Below, in pieces: positions 24,777 through 38,682 of a DNA stretch of 64,000 bases. Position 1 is the first letter of the stretch; every line of letters begins with the position of its first letter. The notes under the pieces were generated by a model. The model did no database searches. It was given only the letters and a program-made list of their open reading frames with translations, and had not been told where the DNA came from. The position numbers and the translations under genes were made by a program. Origin of the DNA: Octopus sinensis (Eukaryota); assembly GCF_006345805.1 (NCBI RefSeq), contig NC_043013.1, forward strand, positions 38,192,001 to 38,256,000, written 5' to 3'.

Positions 24777-25044
24777 TTGTATGTATGTGATTGATCCGTT
24801 TTATTTCAAGATTTCTTGCCAGTAGAGAACGAGCTGGTTTCTAACCTAGATCCAAGGCTTTTTTATTGGAATTTCAACATCAGCCACAAAGTATTTTTGT
24901 TTCTATGTGTGTATGTATGGATGCACGTATGTGTGTATGTATGTATGTATGTATGTATGTGTGTATGTATGTATGTATGTATGTATGTATGTATGCACGT
25001 ATGTATGCACTATGTATGTATATGCATATATATATGTATATATA

Positions 25045-25456
25045 GGCGTAGGAGTGGCTGTGTGGTAAGTAGCTTGGTTACAAACCACATGGTCCCTGGT
25101 TCAGTCCCACTGCGTAGCACCTTTGGCAAGTGTCTCCTACTATAGCCTCGGGCCGATCAAAGCCTTGTGAGTGGATTTGTTAGACGAAAACTAAAAGAAG
25201 CCCGCCTTATATATGTATATATATGTATGTGTGTGCGTATATATTTCTGTGTCTGTGTTTGTCCCCCCCACCAACATCGCTTGACAACCGATGCTGGTGT
25301 GTTTACGTCCCCGTAACTTAGCGGTTCGGCAAAGAGCCTGATAGAGTAAGTACTAAGCTTACAAAGACTAAGTCCTGAGGTCGATTTGCTCGACTAAAGG
25401 CGGTGCTCCAGCATGGCCACAGTCAAATGACTGAAACACGTGAAAGAGTAAAAGAG
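25045..25456 (+). mobile_element. SINE family A, complete copy
   Basis: GGCGTAGGAGTGGCTGTGTGGTAAG head, GGTTCAGTCC B-box-like motif, internal microsatellite, and tail GTCAAATGACTGAAACA..AAAAGAG. Confidence 0.85.
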
Positions 25457-26385
25457 TATGTGTATATGAGTATATATATGTATAGTATGTATGTATTATA
25501 TACAATTTTATTCATCGGACTGTGGCCATGTCTGGGCAACAACTTTGACATTATATATATAAAATATATAAAATGAATATTTCTTTTTATGTTGTTCTAT
25601 GCAATATGACAGTATTTTCAATGAATTCGTTTATTTTTAATATCTAAATAGAAGAAAACAAAAAAAAACCTGCTTTACCTGTTTGCTGCTCAAGATGCAC
25701 ACTTAATTATTATTTTTCATTTTCTTTTTTTTTTTTTATTATACTTACTGAATATTCATATTTGTTGCATTAATGCGTTCGTATTTTTAGTTATGTATTC
25801 AATTTTTTTACGTTTCACCTTTCATTGGTGACTATTTAATAATTCCTTTCAATTTCCACTCCAGATATCAAAAGAAATTAACGAGCGCTTTGCAAAATAA
25901 AAAAAAAGAAAGGAAGGAAGGTATAGATAAAAATTGTAAAAAAAAATATTAAAAAACATTGACCTCAAATTTTGACAAGTCGTGTTAAAAACGTCAACAA
26001 GTTTTTTATGTTTAAATTAGTTTCCTTTTTTTAATTTCGTCTTCTATTTCTTTTGCGTGTGTGTATATGTGTGTGTATGTGTGTGTGTATGTGTGTGTGT
26101 GTGTGTGCGCTTGTTTGATAATTGTCATAATGTTTGAAAAGCAGGGTTAAACAGCATTAACGATGCATAATAGGATAAGTGACAACTCGTTTTTGTTGTT
26201 GTTATTTTAATCTCAAGTCGGCCATAATTTTACAAATCTATGATCAAAAGATATTCTAGCATTGACAATCCCGTCACTTCTCTTTTCCTCAAATAATGTG
26301 TGTGTGTGTGTATATAAATTATACATACATACATACATACATACATACATACAACATATATATATACATATATATATATTACAAT

Positions 26386-26416
<31 letters not shown>

Positions 26417-26560
26417 TCATATATATATATAAACTTATTATATATATACGTATGTATGTACACACACCACCACACACACACACCACACACACACACACAC
26501 ATTATTATATATATATATATATATATATAAATATAATATATATAAACACTCACACATACG

Positions 26561-27640
26561 CAGGGTGTGTGTCAGCTATTTGAAAGAAGAAGAACACTTT
26601 AATTTAAGGAAAACAAAAAAACATTATAAGAAAAGCCAGTACGTTTATAGACTTTGGTACACATGTTCTTAGATACAGATAGCAAGAGGCTATTCAATAA
26701 AACCACCGTCAACCACAATTACTGCCTCAATACGTCATTTAAAACGTTGATCAGGTGATTTTTATTCATAACGTCTCTAATAGCAAATATCAAAGTATCC
26801 TTGGTATTGTGCAAATATGTGTCCATCTCCTTCTCAACAAAACCCCAAACGTTAGTAGAGCAAGGAAAGCTTGGTCAAATGTTAGGGGATCACATTATGT
26901 TGACAATTTTCGGTCATCCATTCCTGGGTCATGCAGAGGGAGAAAAGGCGGATTCTTGCTTCAGCGTGTACGGTTTACTCCGAGAAACTCTTTTGATCCA
27001 GGGTTTGACAATTGTCTCTATTGATATAGGTCGCAGACATGAGTGGGGCTGGCGCAGAGCTGTCCGCTGCTCCTTTGTTTACATTTTTTATCATGGACAA
27101 AAACCTTCTCATGTAAGTAGTACAAAAGCATATCGAACTCTTCAGGGTGCTTCGAGTTTGCTGAGCGAACGCTGCGACCGGATCACGATCTTCTCCCGGG
27201 TTTTACAGGACATGACTTTCCCTCTTCTCATAACGTACGATTTGCATCTGATTTGTACCCTAACACATGGAAATGACTGGCAATAGCCTCGCTGATTTGC
27301 TGGGATCTTCGTTGACGCTTCCCTGGATTTGCTGGAGAAGCTCGTTTTTGATTTTTGCCCCACAAAGTCTCACTTTCAACAATGCATTTTTTTTCTGGCC
27401 ACAGAAGACACAATCCTCTCAGAGACTAGTAACTTTTTTCTGCTCTCAAACATGAAGGACCGGGTGACATTGAAGAACATTGCAATCTCCGAATCATTCT
27501 GGTTGATGTGTAAAGCGATGAGAGCAGCATGTTTTTCAACGAAACCTCCATATTGGAGCTCATAAAAAAGAAAAGATATTTAAATGTTGGGCAATTTATG
27601 GTTCTTAGAAATTTTGTTCTCAAATAGCTGGGGCATTCTG
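26561..27640 (-). mobile_element. Decayed near-full-length Tc1/mariner-superfamily transposon (resembles DD37D/maT-type transposases)
   Basis: Minus strand reads HAALIALHINQNDSEIAMFFNVTRSF, IRCKSYVMRRGKVMSCKTREKIVIRSQRSLSKL, ETIVKPWIKRVSRSKPYTLKQESA and VWGFVEKEMDTYLHNTKDTL. The ends share an imperfect TIR core CAGCTATTTG. Subfamily call is by recollection only. Confidence 0.75.
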
Positions 27641-27658
27641 TGAATATGTGTTTATGTT

Positions 27659-27697
<39 letters not shown>

Positions 27698-27917
27698 GCA
27701 CAACACACAACACACACACACACACACACACACACCACACACCAACACACACACACATAATATTTATATATATATATATGCCGAAATTGCTACGATTGAT
27801 CCGGTCTTGACTGAAGATTGAGGGCTTCGAATGTCCCGTCCGTGTTTTTTGTATCGTCTTCTAAGTGTTTTGCGTTCTTTGTCCAGTTTGTATTTTTCTA
27901 CATATAATAATAATAAT

Positions 27918-27980
<63 letters not shown>

Positions 27981-28679
27981 CAGAGATAAATGAATTAGAA
28001 GTGAATTACAATCCCTAACAACGCTATGACCCCATAGGCTGCATGCGATTCTTGGAAGTGTAGCCTATCCTTAGCTACAATAGCATATATCTGAAACTGA
28101 GATAACAGTAAATGCCCAATCACGTGCCGATTGAAGAAGTACCCTATTCTTTTCATTGCTGTTGTTGTTAATATTGACCAGCTGGAGCAATAATGAAATG
28201 CATTCCAACGTGATCGCTTGGGGTTTTAAGGATATGTATTACCACATAATGGAATGTGGTCTTCCCTTTCTCAAAATGGAAGGATGGGAATGATTTAAGA
28301 AAGATTTGGTTCCTATTTCAGGAAGTCGAATAAGTACACAGGGGTTCCAAAAATTGAGCCCCTCGGCATGGAGTGCCTTAAAGTTGAGCATTGGGCTCTA
28401 AAATAAAATTAATAACTATCTAAAACTGAATTTACGAGGATAACAAGTGTTAATGCATCTCACACGTTGAATACAGCACAAATGAGGGTGGCGGATATAG
28501 AAAATGTATTCCTGCCAACCACAATGCGACAATGTCCCGGGCCAAAAAATCTGACATCACGCAATGAAGCCGGGTAAATGCGAAACCAACGAAACCTCGA
28601 AACCCAAAACTGCTGAGTAATAAATAAATGAACTCGTTTCATAATGAGAATGAAATAAACACTTTGAAAATAATAGTTT

Positions 28680-28890
28680 CAAATTTTGGGAGAGGGCCTG
28701 CAGTTTTTGAGGTGGGGAGGAAGCTGATTACATTGAACCCAGGACTTTATTGGTACTTGTTTTATCGATCCTGAAAGGATGAAAGGTGAAACCGAACTCG
28801 GTGGAATTTGAACTCAGAACGTAAAGACGGACGAAATGCCTCGAAGCATTTTGTCTGGCGTGCTTCTGATTCTGCCAATTCGCCGCCTTA
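28680..28890 (-). mobile_element. SINE family B copy
   Basis: Reverse complement of the family B head and body. Confidence 0.75.
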
Positions 28891-28990
28891 CACCTGCCTA
28901 ATATTGCAGGGCAGATGCAGCGGAGCTCAAGTCTAGTGATTGCTAAAAGCGGACGAAATGCTGTTATGTATTTTGTTGTGTGTGAAACAA

Positions 28991-29051
28991 GTAACGGTTA
29001 GCATGGTTACCTTCCAAGCAGTCGATCCGGGTTCGACTCCCGGCCGACGCA
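28991..29051 (+). pseudogene. 5'-truncated tRNA-Gly(TCC)
   Basis: GGTTAGCATGGTTACC-TTCCAAG-CAGTCGATCCGGGTTCGACTCCCGGCCGACGCA matches metazoan tRNA-Gly-TCC from the D arm to the discriminator base. The 5' acceptor strand (expected GCGTCGG) is missing. A T6 run lies about 12 nt downstream. Confidence 0.8.
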
Positions 29052-29071
29052 TCACTATCACATTTTTTATA

Positions 29072-29234
29072 GGCGCAGGAGTGGGTGTGTGGTAAGTAGC
29101 TTGCTTAACAGCCACATGGTTCCGGGTTCAGTCCCACTACCTGTCACCTTGGGCAAGTGTCTTCTACTATAGCCTCGAGCCAACAAAAGCGTTGTGAGTG
29201 GATTTGGTAGACGGAAACTAAAAGAAGCCCGTCG

Positions 29235-29285
<51 letters not shown>

Positions 29286-29455
29286 TGTGTGTGTGTGTGT
29301 TTGTTTGTATATGTTTGTGTGTCTGTGTTTGTCCACCCAACATAGCGGTTCGGCAAAAGAGACCAATAGAATAAGTACTAGGCTTACAAAGAGACCAATA
29401 GAATAAGTACTAGGTTTCAAAGAGACCAATAGAATAAGTACTAGGCTTACAAAGA
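29072..29455 (+). mobile_element. SINE family A with an internal 3x 31-32 bp tandem duplication (29356-29450)
   Basis: AAAGAGACCAATAGAATAAGTACTAGG(C/T)TT(A)C repeated three times. Confidence 0.85.
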
Positions 29456-29585
29456 ATAATAGATGTGTTCGCTCAGAGCTGACCTTGAACAAAACAAAAA
29501 TAAAACGTGGAAACGTATATGCAGAAGTTAAAGAGAAAGTTTTATTTCTGTTGTAATAAATGAATAGAAACTAATCGCCTTTAAG

Positions 29586-30172
29586 TCAGCGAGCTGGCAG
29601 AATCATTAGCACGCCGGGCGAAGTGCTTAGCGGTATTTCGTCTGCTGTTACGTTCTGAGTTCAAATTCCGCCGAGGTCGACTTTGCCTTTCATCCTTTCG
29701 GGGTCGATTAAGTAAGTACCAGTTACGCACTGGGGTCGATGTAATCGACTTAATACCTATGTCTGTCCTTGTTTGTCCCCTCTATGTTTAGCCCCTTGTG
29801 GGTAGTAAAGAAATAGGTATTTCGTCTGTCTTCGTGTTCTGAGTTCAAATTCCACCGAGGTAGACTTTGCCTTTCAAACTTTCAGGGACGATAAATTAAG
29901 TACCAGTTACGCGCTGGGGTCGATATAATCGACTTAATACGCTTGTCTGTCATTGTTTATCCTCTCTGTGTGGATAGTAAAGAAATAGGTATTTCGTCTA
30001 CCGCTACGTTCTGGGTTCAAATTCCGCTGAGGTCGACTTTGCCTTTTATCCTTTCGGGGTCGATAAATTAAGTACCAGTTACGCACTGGGGTCGATGTAA
30101 TCAACTTAATCCGTTTGCCTGTCCTTGGTTGTCCTCCCTGTGTTTAGCCCCTTGTGGGCAGTAAAGAAATAA
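29586..30172 (+). mobile_element. SINE family B: one head plus three tandem body-tail units of about 184 bp
   Basis: GGTATTTCGTCT recurs at 29632, 29816 and 29988, and each unit ends GTAAAGAAATA. Confidence 0.9.
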
Positions 30173-30917
30173 GAAACTAATCATCTTAAGGTGTTGATAA
30201 CCAAAATATTACCTAAGTATATTTCTCATAGAGTTTATTATCCTGATTCCCATACTTATTATCACACTTCACTAAGTCTTTGATGAAATTGCTGCGTGTA
30301 TACGTACGTACGTATGTATGTTATGTATATAAGCATGTTTGTATGTATGTATGTTTGTATGAATGTATGTATGTATGTATGTATGTATGTATGTATGTAT
30401 GTATGTATGTATGAATGTATGTATGTATGCATGCATGTATGTTTGCAGACAAGCTGTTCACAGACTTATGAAAATCGCTTACACAATTATGACAAAAACA
30501 TGTGTATATATGTCCTTTGATCAGATAATTCAAATAGTCAACGAAGCAGACGTGTTTATATGTGTATATATATGTATAAATGCATGCACGCATCTATGTA
30601 TGCATGTGTGCAAATAAAAAACGACTTACGCTTGCTTCGAATACTTCTGAAAGGGTATAAAAAAATTTTTTTAGGGTTATTATTTTAATAGATGAATACA
30701 AGCTTCCACTTTATATACTAAATACATGGATTTACTTGTGGTTCTTCACGTTTTGTTAGTCATATAACAAGCAAGCGTGGCTGTGTAGTTAAGAAACTCG
30801 TTCTATAACCACATGGTTTCGTGTTTAGCCCTACTACATGGCACCTTGGACAAAAAGCATGGATACAAATATACATACACAAACACACACGTGTGTGTGT
30901 GTGTGTGTGGTGTGTGT

Positions 30918-31217
30918 GGAGGCGCAATGGCCCAGTGGTTAGGGCCGCGGACTTGCGGTCAGAGGTTCGCGGTTTCGATTCCCAGACCGGGCGTTGTGTG
31001 TGTTCATTGAGCGAAAACACCAAAAGCTCCACGAGGCTCCGGCAGGGAGTGGTGGCGACCCCTGTTGTACTCTTTCGCCCCAAATTTCTCTCACACTTTC
31101 TTCCTGTTTCTTGGGTAATGCTGCGATGGACTGGCGTCCCGTCCAGCTGGGGGGAACACATACGCCATAGAAACCGGGAAAACGGGCCCATGGGGCTGGG
31201 CAGGCTTGAAAAGGGTG
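30918..31217 (+). mobile_element. tRNA-derived SINE (head 1 + V-domain-like tail)
   Basis: GGAGGCGCAATGGCCCAGTGGTTAGG head, GTTTCGATTCC B box, and GCGATGGACTGGCGTCCCGTCCAG block resembling V-SINE domains. Confidence 0.8.
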
Positions 31218-31282
31218 AAATGAAATTATATATATATATATAATATATATACACACACATACACACACACACACACACACCC

Positions 31283-31329
<47 letters not shown>

Positions 31330-31761
31330 ATGCTAAATTTGTAATCATATACTAACTTACTACTCATATGTAGTCATGACATATTGTCATGCAGCTTTGG
31401 TGTTCGTATGGGTATGTTATAAATATTTGTATTTATATGCTAAAACTTGTTATGCTGACGATAGCAGGATGCTTTTCATAACATTGAGCTTCAAATCGTT
31501 TCGACACGCACTTAACTGGACAGTGTAAAACTTTTTATTCTTCATCAGCCCGTTTACGACCTGTACTGAAGGAGTAGTAAGGTGGTTTTTAGTGCCTTTT
31601 AGTATATATATCTGGCATGCTAGAGCGGGTAATCCGATCCCTTTAATATAATTATGTATATAATTATAAATTTAGCATAATATAATATTAACTATGTTTT
31701 TATTTCACGCTGACCACTTGATAAAATCATTAAAGTAATGTTATCCTTAATGCTGTAAAGA

Positions 31762-31789
<28 letters not shown>

Positions 31790-31800
<11 letters not shown>

Positions 31801-32400
31801 GGTTATGGGAGGTAACGGTGTCAAGAAGACCCAAAGGTATCAGGTAATGCTGAGTAAGTGCTATGGACAGACTATAGTTAACCTCCAGGTTCGGTGATTA
31901 TGCGAATGAGGAGCCCAACGTAGGTCATATATCAGCTTGCATACATATAAACAATTAACAGAATGAGATAAAAATCCAAGGCCGTGAAAGATTTCAGAAC
32001 ATTTATAAAGGGAAGGTCTTACAGCTGTTTCCAGGATATTTTATATATCTCTACATCGGAAACGGTGCGAGAAAATGGTTAAGCAATAGTATATATATAT
32101 ATAATATATATATAATATATACAAGATAAGAAAATGGAGAAATACATCTAAATCAAATATCAATTACCAGATAATACTCAATCACATACTTTATTAAACC
32201 ACCACATAAGAGACTGTAGGGTTAAACATAAAAAAGCAGAACAAATCAGTGTACATAAAGGAATGTACATAAAAAAGTGTACATAAAAGAGTGATGTTGT
32301 ATAAGTAGAATATATATAAAAAAGAGAATATACATATAAGTAAATATAAATATAGGTATTACAACCCCTATCTCAATTTGTTATATATATATATATATAT
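31790..32400 (-). mobile_element. Probable Penelope-like terminal-repeat remnant with a degenerate hammerhead motif (32016-32063)
   Basis: GUUU-CCGAUGU-(stem II GAUAU/AUAUC)-GAA-ACAGCUGU-A-AGAC on the minus strand. The Penelope assignment and boundaries are inferred. Confidence 0.4.
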
Positions 32401-32983
32401 AAGCCACTGGTTTTAATTGATTAATATCAATTTCTACCCTTATTATTTAATTTTAAATTATAAATATTCTCTAACCGGTAAATTGGCTGCTGTAATTTAT
32501 TAACTGCAGAGTAATTTCCGACCTCAGCGCGCCAAAGTGAAGGCATTTGAAAGATATACCTAAATATATAACATATAGAACTTTATACATGCTCGATTTC
32601 GGTTGAGCGTTCGGTATCTAGTTCTGGAAATTATGTTTTGTAAACGACAGACTAGGTTGATGATCTTGCAGGTATTTACGTGTTCATATACGTAAATATT
32701 AACATGTGTAACCAATGGTACATAGGTAATCGTTTCTTATTTCGTATATTTTCATCTGTCTTGATTATTTTTACATTTTGTTTTTTTGCTGAGATTTTTC
32801 TTGAGAACACATTCTTTGTGGGTAATGACGATTTGACTTCTATGTTTAGCATAAAGGATGTCTACTTCAGTGGTCATTCCTCTAAATTTTGTATATAATA
32901 TATATATAATATATATAATATATATAATATATATATATAATATATAAATACATATTATATATATATATATATATAATATATAT

Positions 32984-33021
<38 letters not shown>

Positions 33022-33506
33022 CATATATATATATATATATATATAACATATTATATATATATATATTATATACTATATATAATATATATATATACATATA
33101 TATATACATATATAATATGTTCAGGTATCTTTTGCTTGCCTTACCTGAAGTATCTGTTCACGCTAATCTTATATAATATTGACCTTTGACCTCTTACCAT
33201 TTTGTAGCAACCATAATCTAATTGTATATCGGTTGCATTATTTGATCTACTAAACAGTGTCGCTAACATTTTCGCCACCTCGACCGCACTCACAAATCAC
33301 TCCCATTCTCTCTTCAAGACAACAATCACAACTATAAACGACACTAACACCTCTGCTGCCCGTAGCCTCTCCCTAGCCATAACCGAAGCCAGCAACAGCC
33401 CCACCAAATCCACAACGGCAGACACCTTCCTCACTATCACTCCACCTCTCCCCGCCACCAGCATCTCCACCCCTGATGACAAGTATTACAACATTATCTA
33501 GGTAAC

Positions 33507-33800
33507 TGGCTTAGTGGTTAGGGCGTACGGCTCCCGATCGTAAGATCTTGCGTCGGATTCCCAGCGACGCGTAACGTCCTTGAGCAACACATTTTATTTC
33601 ACGTTGCGTTTTATTGCCATTCAGCTGGCAAAAATGAGTAGTACCTGTATTTCGAAGGACTAAATTTGTCACATGCTGTGTCATGCTGACTCTCCCTGAG
33701 AACTACGTTAAAAGTACGCGTGTCTGCGGAGTGCTCAACCACTTGCACGTTAAATTCACGATCGGATCAACTGGAACACTCGTCGTCGCAACCGGCGAAC
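33507..33800 (+). mobile_element. tRNA-derived CORE-like SINE (head 2 + tail C)
   Basis: Homologous to 24455-24776. Confidence 0.8.
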
Positions 33801-34505
33801 TGGCTGGTAAAGATCAATAAAAGGAACAACAGCAACAGCAGCAGCAGCAACAACAACAACAACTAAACCTCAAGTTCAACCTAAGATCGTTATAGTGCGA
33901 TGTTTACGAAGTGGGTATTGTGAAACAGAAGAGTTGCTAAAAATAAAGAAATTAAACTCGCAAGTATAAATACGTCATCAGACACATATATACATGATTC
34001 CTAAAAATACATTTGCACTTGCCTACAAACATACACATAATCACAGACATATTCACACACATAAAGTACAACCAAAAATATATAACAATAGGAAAGAATG
34101 GAAAACAAAGCACTCACACAAATAAAAAACTTTTAATAATAGAACCAACAAAAGCAATAATGATTTCTTATACTTGTGCCTTAATGGCGTCAAATGCGAT
34201 GGATTTAACAAAAACAAGTTAATATTTATGTGGCGGGGAATTACATAAAATGGGGTGAGGGGAAAATGGGATGGGTTGGAAAGAAATGAGAGAGAAGCTT
34301 ACACAGTGTACAAAATATGGTGATACATCCTCCTGATACAGGCCAATCAGGACAATCCAAAGACCTGAGTTCTAAGGGTTTGATCCCTCGAACCCTCACC
34401 CAATTACTCTTCACCAGTCTACAATCCGATATTTATTGTTGTTCCATTCACCTTAACCATTTTTGTCACAAGCAACCGCCTTCTGACAACTGCGCACTGG
34501 AAAAC

Positions 34506-34594
<89 letters not shown>

Positions 34595-34989
34595 TTCTCT
34601 CTTTCTCTCTCTCTCTTTCTCTCTCTCTCTCTGTCTCACTCCCTTTCAGCGCCCTTTTGGAAAGATTTGTTTGAAAAACCTTGATGAGAACTTCACCGAA
34701 GAGGAAAGGTCTATTTTCTATGCTTGTATTATCGTCCGTCATCCATGTCATTTTGTAACAGGAAAATCGGAAATAGGAAAACTGCTCGCTTGGTCTTATT
34801 AAAGGATGGCGGGGGAAAATTCTGCTCCAATGGACCCAACAGACAACCGGATCCGCCCTACCAGTGACAACAGGTATACGACATAAATTCACAAACCACC
34901 AACGTTCGAACACTGCACATATGCATGTACTATGGATTTGAATCTCTATCTTTGTCTGCTTGTCTGTCTCACTTTATCTCTCTCTCTCA

Positions 34990-35029
<40 letters not shown>

Positions 35030-35609
35030 CTATCTATTATCTATCTCTGTCTCTCCCTTCACACACAGATCACTTGTAAGGTCTCTCATGAGAGCTAGTG
35101 TGAACATGGAGTCCAGAACAACCTGTCGTGGTAGAATTTACCAGAACCCTTACCAAACTAGCTTCGTGAGGAGGGTTGCTTGAAACACAGCAGGACAACA
35201 AAACAAAAACAAAAGAAAGACCTGTCAAAAGGAAATCTGAACCCAGTGCATGTTCAACGATTATCTAGCAATAGTACGGACACTTGGAAATTCCGAGTCG
35301 GTGTACGGCGGACTAGAAGCTCAGAGGGATTGAGGCAACATTCAGCTTTCGTTAGAGCATGTTTCTAGGAGAAGATATAAAACAAGATGTTAAGGGAATG
35401 ACCTCGGCTGTTTTGAGGAATATTTTACTCGTGCTTGAGATCATGAGACTTCAACATTACTGAGTTTACTAACCATATTGACATTAGATACCTTTGCCTC
35501 GGTTTAACTCTGAATCATGCCAACAGGGAGGGAGAATCTGTCAGAGGTCGTACAAACCACATTGAACTTAAAATTTGCACAGGCTTTGCTTGTCAAAACG
35601 GTCATCCTC

Positions 35610-35667
<58 letters not shown>

Positions 35668-35877
35668 ATACATATATATATATATATATACATGCACACA
35701 CCAGCTCACACATGTCGTTTTGCTTTTTGCTAATTTACATGTATCAATTTCATCCACAAGTTCTTGGTTGCCACATGGCTATAGCAGAAGCAATGCTCCT
35801 GTAGTGACACCAAACCGTAAACTACATGGCTCCAAAACAAACTTGTTAACTAGCAATGTAGTACCCATATACATATA

Positions 35878-35959
<82 letters not shown>

Positions 35960-35960
35960 A

Positions 35961-36007
<47 letters not shown>

Positions 36008-36200
36008 GGGAATATAATTTCAAACTTACAGGGAAAAATTCAATTTAGCAATTATAAATCAAATTTCACAATATATAATATATGTATATAATTATAAGGT
36101 TTTTATAGCATATGATTTCTCTATGGTTTGAATAACATCTTTCATTATTCAATTGTTTAATAGAGGTTTCTCTCTGTCTCTGTCTCTGTCTCTCTGTCTC

Positions 36201-36294
<94 letters not shown>

Positions 36295-36769
36295 ATTCCC
36301 AAAAGTAACAGATGATTTTCAATTTTTAGTAACTTCCTTAACTTTACAAATAAATGCATGAAATTTAGTTACAATATAAAGGACATAATGGAAATTACTA
36401 TGCACAAGTCAAATTTTGCAACAACACTACATATCATATCTGAAAAATTACAACGCTTAAATGGCAAAGTTTTAGATCCTACTCCTCTGATTTTTCTATT
36501 GATGTTCTCTTTCAGTTGCAGCAGAGTCTCCGGTTTGTTGATGTAAATAAACTCTCTCTTTCAGGTATCTCTACGGAAAACAAGGGCTAGTCATGTCTGG
36601 GGAAAGTGAAGGCTAGTTGACATTGCCACTGCGGGAATTATTCTCTCTCCAAAGAACTGCCGTAGCAACTGCATTGTTATCTCTTGCGGTAAGAGCAGTT
36701 GCTTCATTTTTCTAGAACCACGTGTGAGGTCTACTTTGAATGGCTAGGCGCAAAAAGGTCTCAGTCATG

Positions 36770-36960
36770 GATATCTGAAAGAGAAGGTTTACGTCAACAA
36801 ACGGGAGACCTTGGTGCAACTGAAGGAGAAAATCAATATACAAATCAGAGAAGTGGGGTCTGAATCTCTTGAGGGTGTTATGGTGTAAGTTTTGGAAAAA
36901 GTACGGGTGTGCGAAACCGAAATTGGCTGTCATTTAAGCGAAGTCATTTTTCATACTTGA
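36770..36960 (+). mobile_element. Tc1/mariner-superfamily transposase C-terminal remnant
   Basis: GYLKEKVYVNKRETLVQLKEKINIQIREVGSESLEGVMV*VLEKVRVCETEIGCHLSEVIFHT*, matching the WGYLKxKVY...GGHL pattern. Confidence 0.7.
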
Positions 36961-36976
36961 TGTAGTGGTGTTGCGT

Positions 36977-37353
36977 GGAGGCGCAGTGGCCTAGTGGTTA
37001 GGGCAGCGGATTCGCGGTCATAGGATCGCGATTTCGATTCTCAGACTGGGCGTTGTGAGTGTTTATTGAGCTAAAACATCTAAAGTTCCATGAGGCTCCG
37101 GCAGGAGGTGGTGGTGTACCCTGCTGTACTCTTTGACCAAAACTTTCTCTCACTCTTTCTTTCTGCTTCTGTTGTACCTGTATTTCAAAGGGCCAGCCTT
37201 ATCACACTCTGTGTCACGATGAATCTCCCCAAGAATTATGTTAAGCTGAACACGTATCTGTGGAATGCTCAGCCATTTACACGTTAATTTCACGAGCAGG
37301 CTGTTCCGTTGATCGGATCAACTGGAACCCTCGTCGTCGTAACCGACAGTGCC
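36977..37353 (+). mobile_element. Chimeric SINE (head 1 + tail C)
   Basis: The 5' part matches 30918-31110 and the 3' part matches 24595-24776. Confidence 0.8.
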
Positions 37354-37572
37354 ACGAGTGGTGTTGTAATATTTGACATGTGCATATGAATCTTCATTAC
37401 GTCCTTTTACGTATGTATGTATGTATGTATGTATGTATGTATGTATGTATGTATGTATGTATGTATGTATGTATGTATGTATGTATGTATGTATGTATGT
37501 ATGTATGTATGTATGAATGTATGTATGTATGCATTTATTTGTAAAATTAAGTTATTAAAAATGCAACCCATG

Positions 37573-37623
<51 letters not shown>

Positions 37624-38093
37624 TTATATTTTATATATATGTATGTATATAGATACACACACACACACACACACATATTGGAGGGTACACAAAACACCAA
37701 CTTGCTAGAAAGTGGAAGTAAAACAATCCCAACTTAACCACAAATCTCTGTGAAGATGTGCAACTGAACAACAAAAACGGGTCAAGTGAGGTTGGTGTTT
37801 AAGTTGGGGAGGGGTTACTCCCACTTTGTAGCACGCTGGTGCTTCGTGTAACTTCTGGTATAATTATGAATTTATTGTACAGATACTTAATACTAAAAAC
37901 GGTTGCTGCCACTAATGTTATTATTGTTGTTATTATCATTTATTTAGATATGCCGCTGATAACAACGACAACAACAACAACAAAAACAATAATAATAATG
38001 ATATCTTTTCGAGTATTCACTTGAATAGTTACTCACTTTTATGCACACACACACACATATATATGCATACATTTTTGTATGTATGCATATATG

Positions 38094-38156
<63 letters not shown>

Positions 38157-38651
38157 ATGTATATACTGTATAGTTATATGTCCATACATACATATAGACA
38201 TTTATATGCGTATATAAATATATACATATGTGCGTGTCTGTGTGTGTCTGTGTGTCTACGTACGCGTGTGTGTGTATGTATATATATATAAACATGCACA
38301 TATATCCAGACAAAAATATAAATGTATATTTTGATATCTGTGTATATATATATAAGATATATATATATATATAAGATATATATATATACAAGATATATAT
38401 ATATATATAAGATTTATATATATATATAAGATATATATATATATATAAGATATATATATATATATATAAGATATATATATACACACACATAAAAGCACAC
38501 AGGCATACATACACACATACACACATACATACACGCACACACACACACACATACACACGCACACACACACACTGAACTAGTCGCCTGAGAACCGGAAACG
38601 TGGAACCCTGAGTAGCGACCTACTTGGATAAACAACATTGCAATACAGATA

Positions 38652-38682
<31 letters not shown>

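Noticed and set aside
33240-33500. Stop-free S/T/P-rich reading frame (mucin-like)
   Set aside because: No start codon or clear acceptor; composition fits a decayed ACC/ACA-type repeat.
34317-35600. Moderately GC-richer stretches with short ORFs, possibly a decayed LTR element or exons
   Set aside because: No recognisable gag, RT, integrase or host-protein motif in any frame I examined.
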